DNA of 64,000 nucleotides from NCBI RefSeq assembly GCF_037042905.1, contig NC_087251.1, forward strand, positions 19,718,001-19,782,000, read 5' to 3'. The translations under genes were made by a program, and so were the position numbers. The stretch is from Lytechinus pictus. Taxonomy: Eukaryota. Numbering within the stretch: the stretch's first letter is position 1; the number at the start of each line of letters is the position of its first letter. The notes under the pieces are model-generated. The model was not told the origin of the DNA. It searched no databases and worked only from the letters and a program-made list of their open reading frames with translations. Of the stretch, positions 11,791-24,255 are shown one piece after another.

Positions 11791-13680
11791 TAATATTAGC
11801 GTCCATGAGGATTGCGAAAGGTGGCAACTATCTGGAATGATACGGACCAATCCAGTGTGACTTTCATCATTTAGAAGGGTTGAAGTGATCCGGAAACGCT
11901 CTGACCATGACGTCTTGTATCATTCAAGAGTGACTGTGACCGGAATCATTGACAAGCAAGTCATGTAATCAATATCGTTTCACGAAATGGTACAAAGCCT
12001 GATGATATAATTTTTTTTTTACGTTTTGACTTTTCCCCCTATTTTTGCATTTTTGAACAGCTCCCATCTTAGATCATTATCTTACCATGTTTTCTACCGT
12101 AAAAAATATTTCATATTTGTTATTGTGATTCGTGATATTGGAAATGTCTTGGAAATGTCATGCTCTTTTATTGAATAAATGGCAGCCATTCAGTATAAAA
12201 ATGATACACAGAACCGGTATGTACATAAGATATAACTTTGGCCCGATTGAAGCCGTATATGGTACTAAAGTTATCCACTGATCCACAAAGGCAGTCGATG
12301 CTTTTTTTAGCATGGGTCAAGGGAGGCGTAATTAAACAAAAATTACAATTTAGAGGCACAAATTTGAGGCCGTGATCACGTCAGTGGATATGGTTAACCC
12401 AAGCAGCCCCCTCACCTCCTGTTCCCCGCCTGCAAATTACCAAACGCATGATATTAATCGGCGGCCAGACGTGGCATGATCGGCAAATTTTCAACAATAA
12501 AAAAATACCTTTAAGTGAGCGAAGCGAGCGAGGATTTGTTTTACATTTCAAGTTCTGAAACGATTTTGTGATTAATTTTGATATGATATCATGCTTCACT
12601 ATTTCAACTTAATTTTCTTGGTCATCCAAATTTTGGGGTCCATGGTCCCAAGCCATCACCTATCTTTACACCAGTGGCAGTAGCATAATAAGCCTCCAAA
12701 ATTTGAGGGGAAAAAGTACGTAACAATAAGTTTCGCCGAGCGAAGTTATTTTTCTTTTCTTGGAACATTTTGAGAGCTTGGCTCATAAATCCTTCAAAGC
12801 CCACCCCCACCCCCATCTTGCCGATCTATACGCCAGTTACTTGAATTGATGTTTTATTGGTAATACAGAACGGGGGGGGGGTCTTCAAGTATACCAAACA
12901 ACAGATAATACGCAATCACATAGCAGCGCACCTGGCTCGTAGAATAACCCATTGAAAGTGCGTATATTTTTGTCAGAAGCCCCTTAGATATGACCGTCTC
13001 AGCTATAGTCCGGGGGCTGGGGGAGTTTATTCAGCTGATCGGGTACAAAAGGTTTGATGGTCCCAACATCTTGGCATGATATCAGTGGTCAAGAAAATGT
13101 GTTGCTGCCGGGTCATATTCTGTACGGAAGGCCCAGAGGACCCAATTTTTGTCGGCCATCTTGGATTTTTCATGAAAATCAATTATTTTCATATTTTTGC
13201 ACAAACAATGGAAAAATATGAAATGAATACGCATTTCACAATGATTTAGACAGTATAAATCGATTGCAATCGTTTTTTTAACAGTCCGGTTAATTTTTTT
13301 TGAAAAATATTAGAATTTATGCCAAAATTTCCATGTTTTTAGGCAAAAATTTGCATGTTCATTGAAATCTTTCCGTTTTGTCATTAATATCAACAATTAA
13401 TGAAAAATATCAGCATTCAACACGAAAGAGAATATATTAACGAGAAGATTGATATGCTTCATGACATTATTGATGTCTTAATTTGGTTAGATATAGGGAA
13501 AATACTTCCAAATGTATTCCCCGATATTGCGATTAAATGACACCAAAGAGCAACCTCCGTCACTAGTCACACTATATTGATACCGACTTCAATGCGTTCG
13601 CTAGCTTGCCTTTCAAAAGAGTACAATAGACTCAATCGGTCTTGTCTTGTCTTTATTGGTGTGACCATGGACCTATTATT

Positions 13681-14575
13681 GGTTGTAAGACAATGAAAGT
13701 GATTTGCTATAATAGAAGAAACATCTTTTTGCCTCAGTGTGGGCTCCCAATTCGCAGATTTTCTAATAAAAAGATAAAATACAGAACAGGGGTGGGTAAT
13801 TTCAGGAGCCCCTGACGGGGGTAGGTTTTGCTGTACCAGCACCTCTTTATATGTAACTGATAGAGGAAAGGCAACTCTTTTGTCTCCATGTGGTTTTAAG
13901 ACAATGAAAATGGATTGCTTTTTAGCAGAAACACCCTTTAGCCTCAGTGGGGGCTCCAAATTTGCAGATTTTCCCATAAATTTGCAAAATACGGAAAAAG
14001 GGGATGGTGTTTTCGGCATCCCACTGACGGGAGTGGCTTCAATTTTCCAGTAATTCTTTATATGTAGCAGATAGAAGAACGTCTACTCTTTTGACTTCAA
14101 GTGGTTTAAAACGATAAAAATTGTTTCACTACATAGTAGAAACACTTTTTTCATCAATGTGGCTTCAAAATGACGAATTTTCCAAGAAATGGGCAAAATA
14201 CGAAAAAGGGGGTGGGTGACTTGGGGCAGCCCCCTGAGAGGGTAGGCTTTGTTGTGCCCTCACTTAGTTAAATGTAGCTAATAGAGAAAAGCCTACTCTT
14301 TCGTCTGCAAGTGATTTCAAGAAAATAAAAGTTGTTTTTATACCTAACCGAAGCATCATTTTGCCACATTGAGGGCTCTAAAAGGCAAGATATTTTAATA
14401 GTCAAGCTTCGGATAAGGGTGGGGTACCTTCGACAGGATCTTGCGGGACTATGTTTTAAGGTGTCCGAGTGTAATTGCTTGCGACTTGCAGAGCAATCCC
14501 TCCTCTAACTTTTCCAAGAGGTTTTATTAACATAAAAGTTGCTTAAATATGAAAAAACGCTTTTTGCCCTCATAC
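13681..14575. repeat. Tandem array, ~211-bp unit, ~4.2 copies, inside the Academ-like element
   Basis: Units start at 13681, 13892, 14103, 14313 and 14520 (gg(t)tttaagacaatgaaa...) and diverge progressively. Confidence 0.88.
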
Positions 14576-14814
14576 CCATATAATTATGTAATATACACTT
14601 TTCTATCGCGACGCTCATGACATGCATTTATGCGTGCTAGTCACACCAACAAAGGTAAGACAAGACCGATTTAGTCTATTGTACTCTTTTGAAAGGCAAG
14701 CTAGCGAACGCATTGAAGTCGGTATCACTAGTGTGACTAGTGACGGAGGTTGCTTTTTGGTGTCATTTAATCGCAATATCGGGGAATACATTTGGAAGTA
14801 TTTTTCCTATATCT

Positions 14815-14989
14815 GTGTGTATTTGAGTTTTGTCAGACGTGTATCAATCAGATATGATTATTTACGTCTGGGACCGACCTTTAACGTCACCATCCGAAAG
14901 ACGTGACCAGGGCTCGAACCTCGAACCTCTACATCAATTTGTAACTTCCCCGCATAGCTTGGATTACAGGCGCACGCCACAACGCCCAG
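14815..14989 (-). mobile_element. SINE with 7SL-RNA-derived head, copy 1
   Basis: Reverse complement begins ctgggcgttgtggcgtgcgcctgtaatccaagcta, has box B ggttcgagccc and a short (CA) tail. Flanked by tct/tct and absent from the opposite TIR arm (~13485-13496). Confidence 0.9.
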
Positions 14990-15614
14990 TCTAACCAAGT
15001 TAAGACATTAATACTGTCATGAAGCATATCAATATTCTCGTTAATATATTCTCTTTCGTGTTGAATGCTGATATTTTTCATTAATTGTTGATATTAATGA
15101 CAAAACGGAAAGATTTCAATGAACATGCAAATTTTTGCCTAAAAACATGGAAATTTTGGCATAAATTCTAATATTTTTCAAAAAAAATTAACCGGACTGT
15201 TAAAAAAACGATTGTAATCGATTTCTACTGTCTAAATCATTGTGAAATGCGTATTCATTTCATATTTTTCCATTGTTTGTGCAAAAATATGAAAATAATT
15301 GATTTTCATGAAAAATCCAAGATGGCCGACAAAAATGGGGTCCTCTGGGCCTTTCGAACAGGTTATGACCCGGCAGCAACACATTTTCTTGACCACTGAT
15401 ATCATGCCAACCTGTTGGGACCCGATCAGCTGAATAAACTCCTCCAGCCCCCGTACTATTAGGTCTATATGTCTGATTTCGAAAGTGAAAGAGCGCCATC
15501 ACTAGTTACTAATACCCACAACCCCTTTTTCTTTCCATCCTTTTTTTCCCCTCTCCTGTCTTTTCAACCGATCAAGTAGCAGGGGGTAGAATGCCATTTT
15601 ACGGTTAATACTTA

Positions 15615-15740
15615 TACTTCGGTCACATTTGCTCTACGAATCGAAAACAGCCGCTTTATTCATTTTTATTCAAGCCACCTATATCTAGCTGGTAGCAACA
15701 ATGTTAAAACGGCTGTTTTCGACTTGCCGTAACCGAGGTA
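15615..15740. mobile_element. Short Harbinger-type MITE
   Basis: Ends tacttcggt and accgaggta; internal IR tcgaaaacagccg/cggctgttttcga; TTA TSD at 15612-15614 and 15741-15743. Confidence 0.75.
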
Positions 15741-18249
15741 TTAATGATCGTATCGTTTTAAAAATATTTAAAACTATCTTTCGGTAACGTTTTTTTTTCT
15801 TCTATAGAAAAGCCCTTCAATCTCTTATCTTACAAATTTAAATGTCTAAAATTATCTGAAAGTTATAGACGAAAATTGCATTGTCTAGTTCTCATCCCAT
15901 TCTATTCTTGAAAATTGATTTTATTACTTTTTTTCTAATCGAGAGGGATCCGACTTTATATACTCACAAATATCATAGATCAAGTCGGATTTTTCACAAA
16001 GAATATGTTTATGACATAATTATATATACATTCGGATATATACATGTATGTCTGCTCTTTCATTTTATCTCGCAATGAATTCAAACTTTGAAAATTAATT
16101 ATTTCGATCTACCAAAATTGATAAAAAAAATATCGATCATAGATATTGCCTACAATTTTGTTTTCAGTGTATTCTTTTAAAACGAATAGCAATGAAAAGG
16201 ATAGTTTAGTGTGACATGATGATGCCACAGTCTTGAATAGGATTTGTCAAAGTTAACAATCTAAGCGAATTATGTCATGTATATGTGCGACTGATAAAAC
16301 TTGTCAAAATCAACCATTCTTCTGGTGGATTCTAACCAGACAATAATATTGGTTGATTTTGATTATTTCTGTCGCTTGGACACATTTATCATCATTTTGA
16401 GCTGTGTATTGTATTAAACTGTATCCTAATATAATGTTTGTTCATATCAATTATGGTTATTTTTGTCTACACTCGAAGAAACACTATATGAAAAAGCAGT
16501 AGTACTTTGTAAAAAGTTAAAAAATATTTGTCTGATATGCCCTTTGCTTACACAATATCAGATGTAATAAGGTAAGTGTATATTAGTAAATTTGTATGTA
16601 TACATTTGTTTTTATTATGAATTTTAGTTCGAGGGAAGACGGCTTTCAAATGCGTGTGTTTTTTTTTTTTACCAGCCCTGTGTGATTCAATCGTATCATT
16701 CTAGATACTTCTATTCATAGAGGTTCCTAATTAGGAAAACAATCCCAAATCCTTAAAAAGATGGAAGAGTCATTGTCACATGAATACGTTGTCATTGCTG
16801 CTGCTTCAGAAGGGATTACGTAAAGTTTCAGTTGTACAATCTCTTGAAATATCAGGCTTGGGGTATACTGAATTATGACTAACCAAACAACCTCGTTTCT
16901 TAGCGTGGGTATTTTTTTTCTACTATCTTTATTATTGAGATATAAGCCCTAATTTCCGGCAGTATTTCATGTCTTTATGCTTCTCATGATATAATTTTTC
17001 ATCTTGAAACATCTTCCGCCAAGTCGTGGGTGTTGTTTTGACATCAAACCGTATCTTTTCAAGGATTCTCTCGTCGATAAAATGTACGTTCCTTTTGTAA
17101 AATGGTGGAGTATGTGTATAAGGATTCTATGTCATGTAATTCTTTAAAATTGGTTGTTAACTTGCACCGCATTCACACACAAAACAACCGCTATACGATG
17201 AGTATAATGAATTTGTTGAATAGAAATGATGTATTGTTTCATATATGTAGTAATCATATTCAAAAGAAATGATTATTTTCAAAGCTATGAATATAACCTC
17301 AGAAAAGCTGTAGCTTTTACGTTTTAAGGAATGCTCTTTATTAAATTTGCAAAAGTTAAAACAAAAATGTGATACATACATATTTTTCCAACCATAACAA
17401 TGTTGTGCACAATTGCATGAATATGTTTTTAGCTGAGTCCAATTCCTTAACATTGTGAAAATGTGTTAAACGTTGTTTAAAAGTTTTCAATGTTCAATTA
17501 TATTTGTGTAAATTATTTAAAGTTAATGTAAAATTACTCAAAGCTGTATAAAGATGTTTAAATTTGTGCAATGTGTAAAAAGTGTCTGGATGTGTTTAAA
17601 ATTGAGTCGTTTCAAAGAATTTAAAGATGCTTAAAAGATAGCAGTCGTGTAAAGATTTAAAACATGTGGATTGATTAAAATCATGGAATATTATATCGTG
17701 TGAGTCTAAAAAAATGACACTTCATAAATTCAAAATTTAAGGGAAAAAATGTCATGAGCAAGATTGCGCTCTCCCAAATAATTTGAAGCCATATTCATGT
17801 GGAATGTGTTAATGCTTGGATTTGCGCCAAATTAAGGCATAACTGTAATAAATAAATCCAGATGCCAATGATGTCATAATCCTACAAGGGTTGCATTAAA
17901 ATCTATTTTTAAACACCTTTTCTGTAATTTACATTATATAATTGTTTAGTAAACATATTTTAGTATCAATTCACAAGTTAATTTTATTGAAAAGGGATAA
18001 GCAAATATGTTTAATCAAATGCACTACAAATTTATACTGCCGACCCGTTTTATAAAGTATATAATGCACAATTTAAAATTCGTGATGTTATAGATGATGC
18101 AAGCATCTTGGGTATAAGCAATAACATGCAAACAAGTACTCGGTGCAAGCGCCTCGTGCTTTCGCGTATTGCAAATACCCTCGAATGGGCTGCAAAAGCC
18201 AGAATACAATCATAAATGTGCATTATTTAAGTATATTATCGGGTGGAAA

Positions 18250-18482
18250 TGTCATCAGAAAAATCATTTCATTCACTTTCCTATGAGAAAAATATGTTTA
18301 TTCATCATGTTCTACAAAAAAAAAGTCATTTATCTTGTATGACTTCACAAATTTAAAAGTTCAAACATTCGTAACTTTCTTAAATTTTTATTGATTTTCA
18401 CCAAACCTTCATCAATAATATCCTCTTCTTGCTCCTGCTTTTATTAAAACAATTTTATCGCCGGGATGAGTTTCCCCCTTTA
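18250..18482. mobile_element. Right end of a TTAA-type (Kolobok-like) MITE, degenerate
   Basis: cgtaactttctta...ttgattttcaccaaaccttca...gggatgagtttccccctttat terminus. Family assignment is from recalled resemblance. Confidence 0.45.
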
Positions 18483-18789
18483 TCGTCAAGATCACGATAT
18501 TTGCAGTTTTTACTTTGTATCTCATGTGAAAGATAGAAATCAAATTTCAGAAATGCTTTTTAAATCAACAATCGTGAACTACGGTTACTCCTTGAGACCA
18601 ATAAATATTCTCTCCCAAGCAAGAAAGGAGTTCATATGTTATCTGAAGCAAATTTCGTAAATTATACATTCATATCACAGAGCGCCCTCCAGTTCCAGTT
18701 CTTTACTGAAAAGGGAAGCAATGTAATTGCGAAAGCTGCACTTTAGCAGTTTCGATATTTCCCCACGAATAATCTGAGACTTGCTTCAA

Positions 18790-19148
18790 TGTGCACTTTG
18801 CGATTATCCACCCAGGTGCTAAATGGGTACTAAGGAATGATATTGATAAAAATCGTTAATACGGTACATTATAGCGCATAATAATGCTTTACAATGAATT
18901 ATTTATTACTTAAGCATGTTGAGAAAACGGATGAAGTATTAATGATGTGAAGGGCTTTGGAAGATGTGAAATTCATTGTAGCTTGTCCAGTAATGCGTAT
19001 GCCTCAATGGTGACTGACTGGAATACTCCACAAGGAGTGGAGGATGCACTAGGTTGTGAGCGGGTCATTAAATGCGGTGATCGGGGAAATAATAAATTTG
19101 TAAGAGCTAAGATGTAAGACCTATGTCTTAAGCGCCCAATAAAATAAC
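18790..19148 (+). mobile_element. Degenerate SINE body and tail (CORE/Nin-like central motif, LINE-like 3' end)
   Basis: ccacccaggtgctaaatgggtac motif, then ggaatactccacaaggagtggag..., ending in aagcgcccaataaaaataa. Confidence 0.5.
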
Positions 19149-19689
19149 AGATATATAGTAAAGTTATGCTTATTTAGAAGAATGTCTAAATGACAATTAC
19201 AGGATCGAACGGGAAGAGTACATCCCCGAAATATATTGATAAATAGATGAATGAATGAATAAATAAGTAAATAATTAAATAAATGAATAATTAAGTAAAT
19301 AAATAAATAATAAATTTCTTCGAAACATATTACACGCGCGTTTTGAGTACGGTCATAGGTGCCATCAACAATTAATAAAATGCCCCCTCCCCTTCCGGCC
19401 TGTTGCCCCCCGTCCAGAATTACTCTTGACGTGCCCGTTGAAAATCTCTAATGATGATCCATTTCTCAACTGAATGATTCTCGTAAAGCATCAAGAAAAT
19501 GATATAAATAATCCTCAGAAGAAACAAAAAGGAAAAAAATATATTTATTTCCAAGTTGAAGAAATTTTGCTTTCTTTTTATGACCCCCTTATCCCCATAC
19601 CCTTCATTTACCATCGATGCCACCTCCTTTTAAAAGCTGTTGAATAAATTCTTATAAACCTTACTCCAGACCCTGGCGGTAATACGTAT

Positions 19690-20255
19690 CAGTGCATGTC
19701 TTGATCTGGGGTATTAAGTCTTAAATGATTAGTAGTACATTGATACTTCCGTAGCTGCAAAACGTGAGAACACTCTTCATTTTCTGTTTTTAGATAACAT
19801 TCAGATTTTTTGGCCTTTTCTATCTCTTGGAATGTTCATAAAGTCACATCTTCTCGGGTGAAAAATGGAGTATTGGCTATCATGATAATCAAATGATATA
19901 CGGCTGTTCTAATTATCTTCGTAATTTATATCTTGACACTGTTATAATCCCCTAATTAAGAACAGAACAATGATATTTCCGTTAGGTCAAGTTGAACGTT
20001 TCTTAAAGACTTACTTTGTTTGTTGATTCTTAACCTACATATGTCAAACAAATCTGTCAATACGCTTATTAGTTTCTCTAATCCACAGTGTCCTTTCAGT
20101 AATTGTTCTGGGATATTGTTTCTTACTTTCAGCCACAATATCACCAACTTATCTATATAGATCTTCTCAAAGATGTGTTTCCTATGGTCAAATATATTCA
20201 AAGCTGTTTGATATTCAGAAACACAATTGATTTTTTGTTGTGATGCAATATTCCT
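19690..20255 (-). pseudogene. Possible highly decayed LINE (RTE-like) ORF fragment
   Basis: NNIPEQLLK...VLTDLFDIC, IEKAKKSE and LLII*DLIPQI occur in the order expected N-terminal to an RT core; many disruptions. Confidence 0.3.
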
Positions 20256-20295
20256 ACAGTTTATTAATGTGCTATCATATTCTTTAGGGTTTCAA

Positions 20296-20297
<2 letters not shown>

Positions 20298-20330
<33 letters not shown>
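20298..20330. repeat. (TA)n microsatellite
   Basis: Visible directly. Confidence 0.97.
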
Positions 20331-20333
<3 letters not shown>

Positions 20334-20411
20334 TTCCCAAACACTATTATATAATAATAATTATAAAGACAAAGATAAAGATGCTTATAGTGTGACGATG
20401 CTACTGATGAT

Positions 20412-20416
20412 ACTAT

Positions 20417-20500
<84 letters not shown>

Positions 20501-20556
20501 CACTACTACCACTACTACCACTACTACCACTACTACTACTGCTACTACTACTACTA
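20412..20556. repeat. (CTA)n microsatellite with CCA interruptions
   Basis: Visible directly. Confidence 0.97.
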
Positions 20557-20916
20557 ATGATAATAATGATAATAATAAACAATAGTAACAATAATAATAA
20601 TAGTCCGTTCTTATTAGCGTTTATGTCTCACTTAATTCATTTTCAATGAGCATTTTAATGTTGGAACGTTGGAATTATGGACGGATGAGACGGGGTGGCT
20701 GGGTGGCTATAGACTTCTTTTTTCAGAATGAAAATCATTCGCGTTTCCTCTTTGGGGTACTTTTACAGTTTTCGGGAGATGGGATTTGAGTGGCGTCTAT
20801 ATGAGAAACTTAACATTTGATTCAGAATAAACTAGTTTACATATCATGTATATATAAACTAGACAGAGGTGTACCACAAGGTGTACCACAAAGACCATAA
20901 ACATAGTTTACTTTGA

Positions 20917-21115
20917 GCTGGGCGTTGTGGCGTGCGCCTGTAATCCAAGCTATGTGGGGGAAGTAACACATTTATGCAGAGGTTCGAGGTTCGAGCCCTG
21001 GTCACGTCTTTCGGACGGTGACGTTAAAGGTCGGCCCCAAACGTAAATAATCATATCTGATTGATACACGTCTGACAAAACTCAAATACACACACACACA
21101 CACCCTCTCACACAC
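20917..21115 (+). mobile_element. SINE with 7SL-RNA-derived head, copy 2
   Basis: gctgggcgttgtggcgtgcgcctgtaatccaagcta...ggttcgagccctggtcacgtctttcggacggtgacgttaaagg...ctcaaata(ca)n. Closely similar to copy 1; gag at 20915-20917 and 21116-21118. Confidence 0.9.
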
Positions 21116-22213
21116 GAGTGGTACATGTTTTACCTTTCAAAACGCATAGGAAATATTTGTATGGTAAAAAAGTGGTATATCTAACAACTGAATCTTATGA
21201 GTAGTAATATTATCAAAATCAAAATGTATTCAGTTAATTTGAAAATGCTGTCTACCCGGTATTCGATTCTTGTCCTCTCTGATTCCGTAACCTCAAACAT
21301 GTTAAAGCTCATTTAAAGAAGAGACGAACGAGTTCCCTGAACTTTTCGTCTTTTGAACAGACGGCGGGCAGGTAGGATGGTGTGAGCTTTGATTTATACG
21401 CTACTTCCTCAACAGGTAATTCCACAATTAGAATACGCATTATTACTAAAACAACCGGGACTCTGAAGTTGATATGATAGGTGAGAAATGCTGCATGCGA
21501 CAATAAATCAAATTGTTCGACAGGGTATGATTTATCATTCTAACACCTTATGATTTACAATGTTGACACCTTTACTTGGCATGTTTCAATGCGAGCTTAG
21601 AGAACGGTAATCCCAAGGTTTTCACTCTCGTCAATAGACAAAGACAAATATTACCAAAATTTAAAAACCCATCTTCCTTCTTTCACTTCCACCGATCATC
21701 GTATGTAGGTAAATGAAATATGTAAGCTAGTCGTATCAATTTACAGGCCTCAGGTGTTCAAATTGTAAACTAAGTTTGAATAAGTTGGTCTTAAAAACTT
21801 GGTAAGGACCTTTAAGCAATTCCTTCCATTTTTTAACGTGGCATGTGTTTTGAATTTACCATTCAATCTTTTAAAGTAAATGTAAAATATAATGCATATA
21901 AATTATAAAATGCATGACAAAAACCTTTGCAAAGTGTGCTAGATTTTTTTTTCTAAGTCTTGTATTTTTCTTTTCTATAAAGGAATATCGTATATTAATC
22001 ATCGATTCCATTGCTAATACACACACACACACGCTACTCCACACAGCATATATATATATATATGTATATATACATGTATTAGAATAACAATTTGAGTGTT
22101 ATTTTTCCACGGTACCATATGAAATATTATTTATTCATTCGTTTATTATCTTCAGTTGTATTTTATATGAGGATCATATGATGAATACGAAAATTATCAA
22201 CGAAATGGCCAAT

Positions 22214-22392
22214 TTCAATTGAATTCTATTCAAATAAACATTTATTGTCTTCCATTTCATTACATTTTCGTTAACATCAATTCATACAAAAATCAATTTG
22301 CTATGAAAAAAATATAAAAATGTACATGTTGGGTTTAAAGAAGAAGGCGTTTATCATAAAAGCTGAGGCTTGTGGCGGGATACGCCTATAGA
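22214..22392 (-). mobile_element. LINE-type 3' UTR fragment, copy A
   Basis: Close match to 58426-58590. AATAAA and a ttgaa-type tail on the minus strand; stem-loop at 22345-22387. Confidence 0.65.
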
Positions 22393-24255
22393 CATAATGG
22401 TTGTAGGTTTTCATTTGATATGAGAATTTTGAGAACTTGAAAATACGGTTCTGACATAAAAAATACTTTTCAGTGAATAAGCGATGTGGCATTATGTCTT
22501 TTTTCACTATATTATGTAGCTTTCAGCGTTTTTGGTTTTCAGCCCAGTCCAAACCACCCCTCCCCACCCCCTGCCCCCCATAACACTTGGTTAACTTTAA
22601 ATCTGCCAGTACCTATTTCATTATTTGCACCCATTTTTTGTAACCAGTTTAATAATTTGTCCATCTTGAAGCGACCGTAAACTTTTAATTTCCTTCCCCA
22701 TCTTGAAATGCACTTGTCTATTTAAGATCATGATAGGGGATGATTCCTCTAGAAAAGTCGATCACTTGAATTAAAAGGGAGGCATTAATTGAACAAAAGG
22801 AGGCGATGATTAATTAATTAATAAGTTTAGATAGAAGAATGCCCTCATTTAAATATTAAACCATGTTAGAATGAAATTATCCTATTTTAATGTATAACAT
22901 CTGTTTTCACCTATCAAGTATTAAAATCTTGACGACTCATTTTACGATTTCTGGATTACTTCGAAGGCAACATGCACTGCAAGGAACCAAACAATCAAAT
23001 TTCATATTTTAATCTGAATCTGAAAAATGATTTATGTTTTTGCTTTTAATCCATACTTCATGTCAGATGATAATACCATGGTCAAAACATAATTCGGAAA
23101 TAGTGATATTGTCTATCAGTGTCCATGATCGCCTCTTTCAAATATTGCGAATGGTATTAAATACCTTTTTATGCCATGGAGCGGGTCAGTAATATCAGAA
23201 AATTGATGATTATAGAACAAAACATATTGCAAGTATAAAAAAGCCGGAAATGATTTTTTTAATATGAATATCGACAAAACAGACGAGTCTCTTTTTTAGA
23301 TTGTGAGGTGACTTTTTGGTATTGAAATGTGGGTTAAAACACAAACTTTATAAACGATTGTATAATGTTTGAAAATAATAATAATCATGTTAAACCAGGA
23401 ACTCGTTAATTAGCATGCACAACTCGCAGACAACGAAACTGAAATTAAAAGTGCGCCATCTTGTGTTCTTCATGAAACTTAATTATACAGTTCAACTGAG
23501 TCCTCGTAACCTCCCCCCTTCCCAAAAAAATATAAATGGCTTGTTCATCTTTTATGGCCATTTTGTTTCGGTTCGGTGTCTGTTTTATGGTAAAATAAAA
23601 TCGTTTTACGAGCGGATGGGGAGGCTTTGTGGTACAAATATATATGTAAATAACAAAGTCTTAAATACGTTAAAGATAAACTTTATAATCCGAAGTCAGT
23701 AACTTTCTCATTTATTTGGAGAAGAAATTTGTAAAACAGTTTTTTTAAACTGATACGTTAACCTGGAAACTAACGTTTGATCTTCGTCATCTGATATGAC
23801 ATTAATCATTGTCCTCTTGTGTGTATGTTGGTTACTAAGTTTGACCGTACATGCCGTATAGGTGCCTACTCAACCCTTTATATACAATACACTGCACCTG
23901 AAGTATTTGTTTAAAAACAAATGTTTGAAAAAGGTTGGAAACTATTAATCATTTACAGAATTAAAGTCAAAACAACATAATTTGCCTTTTTTAATTAACG
24001 TCTAATGGTTGGAGTCCCCAGGGAACGTTTAAAGCCTGTTTATCATATCTTTGGTAATCGGATTTAAAATGTACTCGAATAACTTAAAATGTACTTTTGT
24101 AATAATCTTAAATTAATTCTGATCTCTCATAATGAGTGTTTTCTCTTTCTCATTCCTAAAATTTTAGGGTAAAGATAATGTAGGATATTTGAATTTCGGA
24201 TACTCTATTTCAGCAATATTTTTCTCTTGAAGAAGTGTTCTTTGAGCGCGCCACA

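Larger units (their letters stand above)
13006..15458. mobile_element. Non-autonomous Academ-like DNA transposon with ~660-bp TIRs
   Basis: Termini tagtccgggggctgg... and ...ccagcccccgtacta. Arms 13006-13668 and 14637-15458 are closely similar inverted copies. Flanks cta/tta suggest a 3-bp TSD with one mismatch. TAG ends and a 3-bp TSD fit Academ. Confidence 0.8.

Noticed and set aside
13567..14019. 150-aa ORF with an internal repeat
   Set aside because: Chance frame across the 211-bp tandem array and TIR; no transposase motifs.
13681..14575. CRISPR-like array
   Set aside because: Whole units are homologous with no unique spacers; eukaryotic context.
20227..20649. Poly-Leu/Val/Ser ORFs (also 56389-57306 and 61646-61972)
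   Set aside because: Microsatellite translations.
20917..20960. Human Alu contamination or a genuine 7SL gene
   Set aside because: Only ~45 nt are 7SL-like, with no S domain, no Alu dimer and no poly-A. Copies are diverged and one is inserted in a native transposon arm.
21055..21083. Hammerhead ribozyme core (ctgattga...aaaac) in the SINE tail
   Set aside because: No canonical CUGANGA/GAAA core and no helix II.
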